This document shows positions 19,441 to 29,351 of a stretch of 64,000 nt of DNA, one piece after another (within the stretch, counting starts at the first letter, position 1; every line of letters starts with the position of its first letter). The stretch is taken from NCBI GenBank assembly GCA_012518115.1, contig JAAYTD010000013.1, forward strand, positions 64,179 to 128,178. Direction: 5' to 3'. Origin of the DNA: Ignavibacteria bacterium (GTDB lineage: Bacteria > Bacteroidota > Ignavibacteria > Kapaibacteriales > UBA2268). The position numbers were made by a program, and so were the translations under genes. Below the pieces are notes generated by a model. That model worked only from the letters and a program-made list of their open reading frames with translations. It was not told the DNA's origin and ran no database searches.

Positions 19441-20010
19441 TTATTGATTAAAAAGATCTTTAGCACTTATATTTTGTCTTTCAACTTCATTCGCTTCAAA
19501 AGAAGGTTTTGGTTTCATTCCCATTATAGCCGCAAAAATGTTAGTAGGAAACATTTGTACTGCATTATTATAGATGTTAATAGAAGCGTTGAATGCTCTA
19601 CGTGAAGCAGAAATTTGTTCTTCCACTTCGTTCATTGCACCTTGCAACTGTAGGAAATTTGTATTTGCTTTTAATTCAGGATAGTTTTCTACAGCTACAT
19701 TGATAGCGCGCAATGCATTGTTTAATTCATTATTTAAAGCGATTTGTTCATTTTCATTTAATTTGCCACTTATAGCTTTTGTTCGCAATTCCGTAACTCT
19801 TGTTAAAGTTTCTTGTTCATGTTTCATATATTGCTTAACAGTAGCTATTAAGTTAGGAATTAAATCGTAACGTTTTTTAAGATAAGCATCAATAGAAGCA
19901 AAAGCGTTTGTTACTTGGTTACGCTTAGAAATTAATGAATTATACATAATAATAAAAATTAATGCAATTAATGCAATAGCCACAATAATAATTATTGTTG
20001 TTGTTGTCAT
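19441..20010 (-). CDS. lemA: LemA family protein
   Basis: 189 aa; N-terminal TM then the LemA core (YDLIPNLIATVKQY...VENYPELKANTNFLQLQ). Confidence 0.85.
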   Translation of the reverse strand: MTTTTIIIIVAIALIALIFIIMYNSLISKRNQVTNAFASIDAYLKKRYDLIPNLIATVKQYMKHEQETLTRVTELRTKAISGKLNENEQIALNNELNNALRAINVAVENYPELKANTNFLQLQGAMNEVEEQISASRRAFNASINIYNNAVQMFPTNIFAAIMGMKPKPSFEANEVERQNISAKDLFNQ

Positions 20011-20204
20011 AAAATTAGTTCCTCTTAAAAAAAATAATATAAAAAGTTCAAACGTAAATATCTAAATATAACATTTTTTTTCTATTAATTCAATTAATAT
20101 GGGAAAAAACTAAGATTTCTTTTTTATTTCATATTATTTTTGTAATTTTGTAATAAGTAATATTTTTCTTTTTTTTATTCATAATTAAATAATGAGGTTA
20201 TATA

Positions 20205-23200
20205 ATGACACGAAGAATTACTAAATTAACAAACTTTTTGCTAATACCTTTAGCATTATTTATTTTCATTTCTCAGTCTGCTCTTTCTGCTGGCTTAATA
20301 ACAAATTCAAAGTTAAAAGAATGGATAAAATCTAATACAGATCAATTACCGGGAGTTGCTGTAAATTCAGATGGCGGGATAGATAATACTACAGCAAACT
20401 TAGAAGCATTAGCAAAAATAAATGAGTTAGATTGCAGTAAGGCCGGACTTACTACCATAGACGAATTAATTAGACATATGTCAGGTTTGGAGCAGTTAGA
20501 TTGTTCTGACAATCCTTTAACTGGATTAGATGTAAGTAACAATATAAATTTAAAAAGATTATATTGTTGGCGTAATCAACTAGCTAGCTTAGATCTAAGC
20601 AACAATAAAAAATTAGAAGAATTGTGTTGTCCTGAAAACCAACTAACTAGCTTAAGTGTGAGTAATATTACAGGAATAACATATTTGTATTGTATGGAAA
20701 ATCAACTAACTAGCTTAAGCCTTAACAATACAACAGCTTTAGTTTGTTTAATGTGTTCTGGAAATCAAATAAGTAGCTTAGATGTAAGTACGAATAACAA
20801 ACTAGAAGAATTGTATTGTGACGATAACATTCTAGTTACATTAGATATTAGTTCACTATCAAGTTTAGAAGGCTTAAATTGTTGTAATCAAGCTACAGGT
20901 TTTACTGTGTACTTAACTGAAGAACAAAAAAACAAATTTACTGAACAAAATTATTGTGATGCTATACTATCCCTGTACAAGCCTATTCCTAACCAATTAA
21001 TAAAAGATCAAAAGTTAAAAGAATGGATAAAAGCTAATAAGAATAAACTACCTGGAGTTGTTATAAATGAAGATGGTGGAATAGACAGCACTACAGCGAA
21101 CTTAGAAGCATTAGCAAAAATAAATGAGTTAGATTGCAGGGAGGCCGGACTTACTACCATAAACGAATTAATTAGACACATGCTAGGTTTGGAGAAGTTA
21201 GATTGTGCTGACAATCCTTTAACTGGATTAGATATAAGTAACAACATAAATTTAGAAGTAATATCTTGTTGGAATAATCAAATAGGTAGCTTAGATTTAA
21301 GTAACAACACAGAATTAAAAGAGTTAGATTGTTCTAAAAATCAATTAACAGAGTTAAATGTAAGTCTCACCGTAAAATTAGAAGATTTGAAGTGTTCTGA
21401 CAATCAATTAACAGATTTAGATGTAAGTTACATCGTAAAATTAGAAGATTTGAAGTGTTCTGGCAATCAATTAACTGATTTAGATTTAAGTAACAACACA
21501 GAATTAATAGAACTAGATTGTTCTGGCAATCAACTAACTAAATTAGGTGTAAGTAACAGCAAAGAATTAGAAAAATTAGATTGTTCTGGCAATAAACTAA
21601 CTAGCTTAAAGATAAATGATAAAAAAACAAATAAAACGAATTTATGTTTAAGTAGCAACACAGAATTAAAAGAGTTGGATTGTTCTAATAATCAATTAAC
21701 TGAATTAGATGTAAGTAACAACACAGGATTAGAAAAATTTCGTTGTAACGATAACATTCTTGATAACTTAGATATTAGTCCGCTATCAGATTTAGTAGAG
21801 CTACAATGCTGTAATCAAGCGGCAGGTTTTATTCTGTATTTAACTGAAGAACAAAAAAACAAGTTTACTGAAGAAGATTATTGTGATGCTATACTAAATG
21901 CAGTTTCTAATGAATTAATAACAAATTCAAAGTTAAAAGAATGGATAAAATCCCATAAAGATCAATTGCCAGGAGTTGTTATAAATGAAGACGGTGGAAT
22001 AAATAACACTACAGCAAACTTAGAAGCGCTAGCAAAAATAAACAGTTTAGAATGCAATAATTCCGAACTTACCAGCATAAATGAATTAATTAGACATATG
22101 TCAAATTTAAAGAGTTTAATCTGTAACAACAATTCTTTGACTGAATTAGATGTAAGTAAAAACATAGAATTAGAAATTTTGGATTGTTCTGACAATCAAC
22201 TAACTAGCTTAGACCTAACAAATAATATAAATCTAATACAATTAGTTTGTTCTAATAATCAACTAACTAGCTTAGATGTAAGTAAAAATACAAACATAAT
22301 GCTTTTTGTATGTTCGGGCAATCAATTAACTGGTTTAGACGTAAGTAACAACACGGGATTAGAATACTTGGATTGTTCTGACAATAAATTAACCGATTTA
22401 GATTTAAGTAAAAATACAGAATTAAAAGAGTTAGATTGTTCTCATAATCAATTAACTGAATTAGACGTAAGTAACAACACCGGCTTAGAAAGCTTGGATT
22501 GCTCTGACAATAAATTAATTCAAATTACTGGTTCCTTTGCATCATCTCGCATGGACTGTTCTCATAATCAATTAACTGAATTAGATGTAAGTAACAACAC
22601 CGGATTAGAAAGCTTAGATTGTTCTCATAATCAATTAACTAAGTTAGATGTAAGTAAAAATACAGAATTAAAAGAGTTGGATTGTTCTCATAATCAATTA
22701 ACCGATTTAGACGTAAGTAACAACACGGGATTAACAGGGTTAGATTGTTCTAATAATCAACTAACTGATTTAGATTTAAGTAAGAATACAGAATTAACAG
22801 AGTTAGATTGTTCTAATAATCAATTAACTGATTTAGATGTAAGTAACAACACGGGATTAACAGGGTTAGATTGTTCTCACAATCAACTAACTGATTTAGA
22901 TTTAAGTAAGAATACAGAATTAACAAAGTTGGATTGTTCTCATAATCAATTAACTGAATTAGATGTAAGTAAAAAAATACAATTAGATACATTGTTTTGT
23001 AATAATAATCAATTAGCCGAGTTAGATGTAAGTAAAAATATAGAATTAAAAAATTTGCGTTGTAACGATAACATTCTTAACAACTTAGATATTATCCCAC
23101 TAATAAAATTAGCGGATCTAAACTGTTGTAATCAGTTGGAAAGTTTTATTCTCTATTTAACTAAAGGACAAAAAGGCATATTTACTGAGCTACACTATTG

Positions 23201-23456
23201 CGATGCTATACTTAAAGAAGACAAAAGCATTTGTGAAATAGAATGGTTAGATATTCATCCTAATCCTACTGCAGGCAAGATCTTTATTGATAGTAAATTC
23301 ATTTCCGACGAAATAAAGATATTAAATTTAGCAGGCGAAGTTTTATATAGAGAAGCGCTTAACGCTGAAAAAACAGAAATTGATATTTCAAATCTGCCTT
23401 CTGGTGTGTATTTCGTAATCACAAAAGGAAAGATAGGAAAAGTTATTAAAAATTAG
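20205..23456 (+). CDS. Secreted leucine-rich-repeat (LRR) protein with three tandem capped LRR super-domains and a T9SS-type C-terminal sorting domain
   Basis: Signal peptide. 22-aa LRRs (LDCSxNQLTxLDVSNNTxLExL) in three blocks, each opening with NSKLKEWIKSxxDQLPGVxxNxDGGIDxTTANLEALAKIN and closing with CCNQAxGFxxYLTEEQKNKFTExxYCDAIL. C-terminal ~75 aa HPNPTAGKIFIDS...GVYFVITKGKIGKVIKN is CTD-like. Confidence 0.85.
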   Translation: MTRRITKLTNFLLIPLALFIFISQSALSAGLITNSKLKEWIKSNTDQLPGVAVNSDGGIDNTTANLEALAKINELDCSKAGLTTIDELIRHMSGLEQLDCSDNPLTGLDVSNNINLKRLYCWRNQLASLDLSNNKKLEELCCPENQLTSLSVSNITGITYLYCMENQLTSLSLNNTTALVCLMCSGNQISSLDVSTNNKLEELYCDDNILVTLDISSLSSLEGLNCCNQATGFTVYLTEEQKNKFTEQNYCDAILSLYKPIPNQLIKDQKLKEWIKANKNKLPGVVINEDGGIDSTTANLEALAKINELDCREAGLTTINELIRHMLGLEKLDCADNPLTGLDISNNINLEVISCWNNQIGSLDLSNNTELKELDCSKNQLTELNVSLTVKLEDLKCSDNQLTDLDVSYIVKLEDLKCSGNQLTDLDLSNNTELIELDCSGNQLTKLGVSNSKELEKLDCSGNKLTSLKINDKKTNKTNLCLSSNTELKELDCSNNQLTELDVSNNTGLEKFRCNDNILDNLDISPLSDLVELQCCNQAAGFILYLTEEQKNKFTEEDYCDAILNAVSNELITNSKLKEWIKSHKDQLPGVVINEDGGINNTTANLEALAKINSLECNNSELTSINELIRHMSNLKSLICNNNSLTELDVSKNIELEILDCSDNQLTSLDLTNNINLIQLVCSNNQLTSLDVSKNTNIMLFVCSGNQLTGLDVSNNTGLEYLDCSDNKLTDLDLSKNTELKELDCSHNQLTELDVSNNTGLESLDCSDNKLIQITGSFASSRMDCSHNQLTELDVSNNTGLESLDCSHNQLTKLDVSKNTELKELDCSHNQLTDLDVSNNTGLTGLDCSNNQLTDLDLSKNTELTELDCSNNQLTDLDVSNNTGLTGLDCSHNQLTDLDLSKNTELTKLDCSHNQLTELDVSKKIQLDTLFCNNNQLAELDVSKNIELKNLRCNDNILNNLDIIPLIKLADLNCCNQLESFILYLTKGQKGIFTELHYCDAILKEDKSICEIEWLDIHPNPTAGKIFIDSKFISDEIKILNLAGEVLYREALNAEKTEIDISNLPSGVYFVITKGKIGKVIKN

Positions 23457-23480
23457 TAGAAAATAATTTTTATTCCATAT

Positions 23481-23520
23481 AAACTGCTTATTGTTTTTTT
23501 CAGTAAGCAGTTTTTTTTTG
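23481..23520 (+). terminator. Rho-independent terminator after the LRR gene
   Basis: AAACTGCTTAttgtttttttcagTAAGCAGTTT followed by T9. Confidence 0.7.
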
Positions 23521-23625
23521 TTGACTACCCCGTCAATCTCGCAGGGCGTATCAACACGCCCCAACATTCACCAAAGGGGAATTTTAAAAAGCCAACTAAG
23601 TCATTGCGAGATAGTTGGCTTTATT
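23521..23625. repeat. Third locus of the GC-rich palindromic repeat family plus a 10-bp-stem hairpin (gccaactaagtcattgcgagatagttggc), at the convergent LRR / pntB junction
   Basis: gactaccccgtcaatctcgcagggcgtatcaacacgccccaacattcaccaaaggggaatttt matches modules at 6277 and 15200-15256. Confidence 0.65.
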
Positions 23626-23657
23626 TTTAAGAATATATGTGGAAATTCATATTTTTG

Positions 23658-25280
23658 TTACAGCATATCTATCAGCTTTTGGACTGATTCTTTCGCATCG
23701 CCCAACAATAGATGCACACCTTTTTCTTTTTTATACAGCGGATTATCAACCCCTGCATAGCCTGGATTAAGGTCAAAGTTACAAATGAAAATCTCTTTAG
23801 CTTGATCGACATTCAATACCGGCATTCCATAAATCGGTGTATCCACAGCGTCGCGCGCTGCTGGGTTAAGCACGTCATTAGCTCCAATTACAATTACTGC
23901 ATCCGTATTTTTGAAGTCGTCATTTATAGCGTCCATTTCATACAGTTGTTCATAAGACACATCAGCTTCCGCTAGTAGCACGTTCATATGTCCGGGCATA
24001 CGACCTGCAACAGGGTGAATCGCATAACGAACTTTTGCACCTTTACTTTCCAACTTATCCGCTAGTTGTCTAACTAAGTGTTGCGCTTGTGCCAACGCCA
24101 TACCGTAACCGGGAACAATTATTACCGATTTCGCATTTTGTAGAACATCAGCGGAATTGTCTTTTTTAGTTTCAATAGTAGAAGTTTGCGATGTTTTACT
24201 GTCTAACATTGCAATCAATTTATTCACCGATTCTTTTGCATCGCCTAACAGCAAATGAACGCCTTTTTCTTTTTTATACAGCGGATTATCCACTCCCGCA
24301 TAACCGGGATTTAAGTCAAAGTTACAAATGAAAATCTCTTTTGCTTGATCGACATTCAATACTGGCATTCCATAAATCGGTGTATCCACAGCGTCGCGTG
24401 CTGCTGGGTTGAGTACGTCATTAGCTCCAATTACAATTACTGCATCCGTATTTTTGAAGTCGTCATTTATAGCGTCCATTTCATACAGTTGTTCATAAGA
24501 CACATCAGCTTCGGCTAATAATACGTTCATATGTCCGGGCATACGTCCAGCAACAGGGTGAATAGCGTAACGAACTTTTGCACCTTTACTTTCCAACTTA
24601 TCCACTAGTTGTCTAACTAAGTGTTGCGCTTGTGCCAACGCCATACCATAACCGGGAACAATAATAACCGATTTCGCATTTTGTAGAACATCAGCAGAAT
24701 TGTTTTTTTGAATTTCAGTAGCAGCAGTTTGCGATGGCTTACTGTCTAACATTGAAATCAATTTATTAACCGATTCTTTCGCATCGCCTAACAACAAATG
24801 CACACCTTTTTCTTTTTTGTAAAGCGGATTATCCACTCCAGCATAGCCGGGATTTAAGTCGTAGTTACAAATAAATACATTTTTTGCTTGATCGACATTC
24901 AATACAGGCATTCCATAAATAGGTGTATCCACAGCATCACGAGCAGCAGGATTAAGTACGTCATTAGCTCCAATTACAATTACTGCATCCGTATTTTTGA
25001 AGTCGTCATTTATAGCGTCCATTTCGTACAGTTGTTCATAAGACACATCAGCTTCCGCTAGTAGCACATTCATATGTCCGGGCATACGACCTGCAACAGG
25101 GTGAATAGCATAGCGAACTTGTGCTCCTTTACTTTCTAACTTATCCGCTAGTTGTCTAACTAAATGTTGCGCTTGTGCCAATGCCATACCATAACCGGGA
25201 ACAATAATAACCGATTTCGCATTTTGTAGAACATTTTCAGACGATGTCTGTTTTGTTTCCACTTTTTCTTCTTTTTTAGG
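23658..25280. repeat. Three tandem ~540-bp direct repeats (about 93-95% identical by eye) inside pntB, each encoding one dIII domain
   Basis: Seen in sequence: units approximately 23658-24200, 24200-24740, 24740-25280; differences are mostly synonymous or conservative substitutions. Confidence 0.85.
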
Positions 25281-26168
25281 TTTAGCGGCAACAGCTTGTG
25301 TTTTTTCAGTTTTTTTGCCTGCTACAGATGTTTTTCCAGTCAGAATATCCATCAAGCTTCTATTCATTGAGCGGCACATAATCTGTGTAAGGAACAAGCC
25401 CGATGCTCCAACAATTCCCCCAACTGAAACCAAAAGTATATCACTTATCGCCATACCTGCAATTGCACCAGCAACACCACTTAGCGAGTTAAGCAATGAT
25501 ATAGTAATAGGCATATCTGCACCACCGACACGGATAGCAAAAGCGTATCCAAAAAGGGTGCTTATTCCAATACTTAAAAACAATATTATTGTAATATCGG
25601 TAGATGGATCTATTATATCGCCGATAAAAGCAGAGTAAACAACAGTAACTAACAGAATGATAAGACTAAAGTTAAGAATTGCGGAATGATTTTTCCAAAT
25701 TACTGGTCGTTGAGACAAAAGTTTGTGCAGTTTTCCTGCTGCTACTAAACTTCCAACAAGAGTAACAATTCCGACAACTATTGCTAATACTGCTGTTACG
25801 TTTGAAAAAATTGGATATTCTTGTTCTGGCGCCTGTCCTATTCCGAGTAAGGTAAGAATTCCCACCAAAGCCGAAGCTAAGCCTCCTACACCATTAAGCA
25901 AAGCAACTAGCTGTGGCATCTCAATCATTTTTACCCTGACGGCAAACATACTGCCAACAATAACACCTGCAAGCATATAAATGTATATACTTGCAACCGA
26001 AATTATTTCATTATATAGTAATGTAATAAGTATTCCTACGAACACACTTATTGCACTGAGGATATTTCCTGCAACGGCAGTTTTTACCTTGCTCATCATA
26101 GAAATACCCACCAATACTAATATTGATAGTATAGCACAAATTACTAAATAGACTGTTGAAGTTATCAT
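23658..26168 (-). CDS. pntB: NAD(P) transhydrogenase beta subunit with three tandem NADP(H)-binding dIII domains
   Basis: 836 aa: ~290-aa polytopic membrane domain, then three ~180-aa copies of SVIIVPGYGMALAQAQH...GRMPGHMNVLLAEADV...IVIGANDVLNPAA...GMPVLNVDQAK. The 4-nt overlap (ATGA) with the upstream pntA-II gene is typical of pnt operons. Confidence 0.9.
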   Translation of the reverse strand: MITSTVYLVICAILSILVLVGISMMSKVKTAVAGNILSAISVFVGILITLLYNEIISVASIYIYMLAGVIVGSMFAVRVKMIEMPQLVALLNGVGGLASALVGILTLLGIGQAPEQEYPIFSNVTAVLAIVVGIVTLVGSLVAAGKLHKLLSQRPVIWKNHSAILNFSLIILLVTVVYSAFIGDIIDPSTDITIILFLSIGISTLFGYAFAIRVGGADMPITISLLNSLSGVAGAIAGMAISDILLVSVGGIVGASGLFLTQIMCRSMNRSLMDILTGKTSVAGKKTEKTQAVAAKPKKEEKVETKQTSSENVLQNAKSVIIVPGYGMALAQAQHLVRQLADKLESKGAQVRYAIHPVAGRMPGHMNVLLAEADVSYEQLYEMDAINDDFKNTDAVIVIGANDVLNPAARDAVDTPIYGMPVLNVDQAKNVFICNYDLNPGYAGVDNPLYKKEKGVHLLLGDAKESVNKLISMLDSKPSQTAATEIQKNNSADVLQNAKSVIIVPGYGMALAQAQHLVRQLVDKLESKGAKVRYAIHPVAGRMPGHMNVLLAEADVSYEQLYEMDAINDDFKNTDAVIVIGANDVLNPAARDAVDTPIYGMPVLNVDQAKEIFICNFDLNPGYAGVDNPLYKKEKGVHLLLGDAKESVNKLIAMLDSKTSQTSTIETKKDNSADVLQNAKSVIIVPGYGMALAQAQHLVRQLADKLESKGAKVRYAIHPVAGRMPGHMNVLLAEADVSYEQLYEMDAINDDFKNTDAVIVIGANDVLNPAARDAVDTPIYGMPVLNVDQAKEIFICNFDLNPGYAGVDNPLYKKEKGVHLLLGDAKESVQKLIDML

Positions 26169-26476
26169 TTGCTATCTCCTTCCTTTTTCTTATGAAACAT
26201 TTTGAGCATTCGGTGTGTAACACCAAATCCGCCTACTACGTTTACCGTAGCAGCTATTACTGCCAAGCCACCCAAAATTTGTCCTAGCGCAATACTTTGG
26301 TCTTTATATAATACCGACAAACCAACGGCTGACACTGCTCCCAAAATGGTTATACCTGATAGAGCATTCATTCCCGACATTAGCGGAGTATGCAGCAAAC
26401 TCGGTACGTTTTTAATAATAGAATAACCAACAAAAGTGGCAACAATAAAAATTAAGATTAAATAAATTGGGTTCAT
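26165..26476 (-). CDS. pntAB: NAD(P) transhydrogenase alpha subunit part 2 (small membrane subunit)
   Basis: 103 aa, three to four TM helices (MNPIYLILIFIVATFVGYSIIKNVPSLLHTPLMSGMNALSGI); positioned between pntAA and pntB. Confidence 0.8.
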   Translation of the reverse strand: MNPIYLILIFIVATFVGYSIIKNVPSLLHTPLMSGMNALSGITILGAVSAVGLSVLYKDQSIALGQILGGLAVIAATVNVVGGFGVTHRMLKMFHKKKEGDSK

Positions 26477-26558
26477 TGATACAATGTTTGATTTATTTAT
26501 AAAAACATAGAGACGCGAATTTCGCGTCTCTACTTATATTATTATGTTTACTTGATTA

Positions 26559-27719
26559 TTATTTTAATCCCATAGCTTCTCGTGTACCCGCGTGAACTAT
26601 ATCGTTGTTATGTGTAACAAGTGTAGAGCGTACAATCTCATCGTTCAAATCTAAAGAGATTTTACCATCTTTCACCAAGTATTTTACAATGTTATAAATA
26701 TTTTGTGAAAACATCCATGTAGAGCTTGTAGGTAATAAGCCAGGAATATTTTTAATTCCCATAATAGTTACTCCATGAATTACCTCTTTTTTACCTGGAG
26801 GAGTTATAGCACAGTTTCCGCCTTGGTCAATGGATATATCAACAATAACAGATCCTTTTTTCATCGTTTTTACCATATCTTCAGTAATCAATATTGGAGC
26901 AATTCTACCAGGTATTAACGCACTACAAAATATAATATCCATATCTTTTATAGCTTCTGCTAATACTTCACGCTCTTTCTTCAGCCACTCCTCAGGAAGA
27001 GTCTGTGCATATCCACCTGTGCCTACAGCAAGTTCAGCTGGAACACCTGTTTCAATTACTTTTGCACCTAAACTTTGTGCTTGTTCACTTGCAGCAGGGC
27101 GTATGTCAACAGCGTGAGTTACTGCACCCAAACGTTTTGCAGTAGCTAATGCTTGCAAGCCAGCAACACCTGTTCCAATAACTAATACGTTTGCAGGTTT
27201 TGATACACCTACAGCTGTGAACATTTGCGGCATAAAAATAAACAAATCGTCTGCTGCCATTATTATTCCCTTATATCCAGCACAAGTACTCATGGTTGTG
27301 AGTGCATCCATATTTTGTGCACGTGATATGCGAGGAATACTATCAAGAGTAAGACTAATAATACCGTTCTTTGCTAGTTTTTTTACCATTTCGTGGTTAA
27401 CCGGCGATGCAGGGTGTATAAATGTAATTAAATACTGACCGCTATGCATCATATCAGCTTCGTGAACACCAAGTTTTTCATTAAAAAGTGGCTCTTTAAC
27501 TTTTAGTATTAAAGATGATTTTTCAAAAATTTCTTTAGCATCTGTAATAATCTGTGCGCCTGCTTCACGATATTGATCGTCGTAGAAAAGAGATCCTACA
27601 CCGGCACCGGCTTCGACCAACACAGTCATTCCGTCTTGCACAAACTTTTTTACTGTTTCGGGGGTAGCAGCTACGCGTGCTTCGCCCGGCATGATTTCTT
27701 TTGGAATACCTATAATCAT
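26559..27719 (-). CDS. pntAA: NAD(P) transhydrogenase alpha subunit part 1 (dI, alanine-dehydrogenase/PNT fold)
   Basis: 386 aa; MIIGIPKEIMPGEARVAATPETVKKFV N-terminus and Rossmann GxGxxG (VLVIGTGVAGLQA). Confidence 0.9.
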   Translation of the reverse strand: MIIGIPKEIMPGEARVAATPETVKKFVQDGMTVLVEAGAGVGSLFYDDQYREAGAQIITDAKEIFEKSSLILKVKEPLFNEKLGVHEADMMHSGQYLITFIHPASPVNHEMVKKLAKNGIISLTLDSIPRISRAQNMDALTTMSTCAGYKGIIMAADDLFIFMPQMFTAVGVSKPANVLVIGTGVAGLQALATAKRLGAVTHAVDIRPAASEQAQSLGAKVIETGVPAELAVGTGGYAQTLPEEWLKKEREVLAEAIKDMDIIFCSALIPGRIAPILITEDMVKTMKKGSVIVDISIDQGGNCAITPPGKKEVIHGVTIMGIKNIPGLLPTSSTWMFSQNIYNIVKYLVKDGKISLDLNDEIVRSTLVTHNNDIVHAGTREAMGLK

Positions 27720-28299
27720 AATATCAAAAATAAATTAATGTTAAAATAAAAATATTAAAATAAATTTTGTTACTTTTGTTACTACTAACTTACACAAAAG
27801 TACAAAAACAAACAAATCAAATTTCAATTCTAATTCTATAACTTAAAGATTAGATTTCAGTCATTTGATTTAATGTTTTCTATAGATAAAATAATTATCT
27901 ACTTTATTATAAAGTTTATAATTAAAATACAATTGTCAAAATTACAATTTTTTTTTGACTTTTCAAAACTTTCCTATAATTATTATTTAAAATATATTTA
28001 GTATTTATAAACAAATCTATAGTTTTTTCTTTTTATAAAAATATTTTGTATGAGAGGAAAAGCAAGATATTGGCAAGGCAAGCAAGATATTAATATTATA
28101 TCCTGTGTAAATTAATTATCACATTTTATAAATTTTTGAATAAAAAACAAAAAATATGTTGAAAAAAAATGTTTTTTTTGTTTGTTTGTGGAAAAAGTGT
28201 TATTTTAGTAGTCTTATTACGCACTCATTTGCCGAAAGCTTCTAATTATATTCGGCAAGTATAAGAAAATACAATAACTTAAAGTGTACAAATCAGTTT

Positions 28300-28821
28300 A
28301 TGGCTAATTTAGAACAAAAAAAAGTAGTTGTATCTGACTTGGTAGATATGTTCAAGAGCACTACGGGTATTTATTTTGTTGATTTTGCCAGATTAACGGT
28401 AAAAGATCTTAATGAAATCCGTAAAGAATTTAGAGATGTTTCGGCAAAAATGCTTGTGTCGAAAAATACTCTTATTTTGCGTGCTTTGTCAGAAATAGAA
28501 GTTGAATTAGCTGAAGGACAATTAGCAGGTCAAACAGCTATAATTTTTGCGGGAGAAGATGCTACGGCACCTGCGAAGATAATAAAGAAAGTTTTTGACA
28601 AAACAGGCAACCTTGGCTTGAAATTGGTACTTATCGAAGGTCAGTTATATGACGGAAAGCAATTAAATTTAGTTGCTTCTTTACCGTCGAGGACAGATTT
28701 GATGGCTGGAATTTTAGGTTCTTTGCAATCACCTGCTTCTGGAATCGTCGGTTCAATCAATGCTGTTATTCGTGATCTTGCTTCGCTTATTGAAGAGGTT
28801 GCAAAAAAGAAATCAGCATAA
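28300..28821 (+). CDS. rplJ: 50S ribosomal protein L10
   Basis: 173 aa; position immediately upstream of L7/L12; conserved L10 N-terminal region. Confidence 0.85.
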   Translation: MANLEQKKVVVSDLVDMFKSTTGIYFVDFARLTVKDLNEIRKEFRDVSAKMLVSKNTLILRALSEIEVELAEGQLAGQTAIIFAGEDATAPAKIIKKVFDKTGNLGLKLVLIEGQLYDGKQLNLVASLPSRTDLMAGILGSLQSPASGIVGSINAVIRDLASLIEEVAKKKSA

Positions 28822-28911
28822 AGTAATAATTCTTAATTTAATGGTATATGTTTTATTACTCAAAATTATTTTATTTTTTTTTAGAAACTTAACAAAAATA
28901 AAGGTATAAAA

Positions 28912-29289
28912 ATGGCTGCTAACATAGAAAAACTGTTAGAAGAAATATCAAATTTAACACTCGCAGAAGCTGCTGAGTTAAAAAAATTAATGGAAGATAA
29001 ATTTGGCGTAACTGCTGCGGCTCCAGTAATGATGGCCGGTGGTGCAGCGCCTGCAGCAGCAGAAGCTGTAGAAGAAAAAACAGAATTCGATGTTGAACTT
29101 ACAGACTTCGGAGCTAATAAACTTAATGTAATTAAAGCGGTTCGCGAAATTACCGGACTTGGCTTAAAAGATGCTAAAGATATGGTAGAAGGCGCTCCTA
29201 AAATAGTTAAAGAAGCTTGTACAAAAGAAGAAGCTGAAGAACTCAAGAAAAAATTAGAAGACGCTGGCGCTAAAGTTACATTGAAGTAA
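28912..29289 (+). CDS. rplL: 50S ribosomal protein L7/L12
   Basis: 125 aa; N-terminal dimerisation helix, Ala/Pro hinge ([18 protein letters not shown]), conserved C-terminal domain ([28 protein letters not shown]...). Confidence 0.95.
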   Translation: MAANIEKLLEEISNLTLAEAAELKKLMEDKFGVTAAAPVMMAGGAAPAAAEAVEEKTEFDVELTDFGANKLNVIKAVREITGLGLKDAKDMVEGAPKIVKEACTKEEAEELKKKLEDAGAKVTLK

Positions 29290-29307
29290 TTTTCTTCTGA
29301 TAAATTT

Positions 29308-29350
29308 AAGTCTATGAATAATTTATATCTTAATTTGTTCATAGACTTTT
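29308..29350 (+). terminator. Strong hairpin plus T-run between rplL and tRNA-Trp/rpoB; candidate rplL-rpoB attenuator
   Basis: AAGTCTATGAA-(18-nt loop)-TTCATAGACTT followed by tttt at 29308-29350. Confidence 0.6.
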
Positions 29351-29351
29351 T

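Noticed and set aside
20342-22195. Three similar 66-79-aa minus-strand ORFs (20342-20542, 21008-21247, 21962-22195)
   Set aside because: They are antisense images of the three repeated N-cap modules of the LRR gene; their repetition reflects the sense-strand triplication, not separate genes.
20205-23456. Regularly spaced 66-nt direct repeats, considered as a possible CRISPR array
   Set aside because: The repeats are in-frame LRR codons inside a long ORF with signal peptide and CTD; there are no unique spacers and no cas genes.
23491-23975. ORFs 23491-23760 (+) and 23712-23975 (+)
   Set aside because: The first spans the intergenic palindromic repeat locus and the 3-prime end of pntB on the opposite strand; the second is antisense to pntB dIII. 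Neither has a coding signature.
23658-25280. The three pntB dIII copies as an assembly or collapsed-repeat artifact
   Set aside because: Not dismissed, but judged less likely. The copies differ at many scattered, mostly synonymous or conservative positions and the frame is maintained throughout. An assembler artifact would normally give identical copies or a break.
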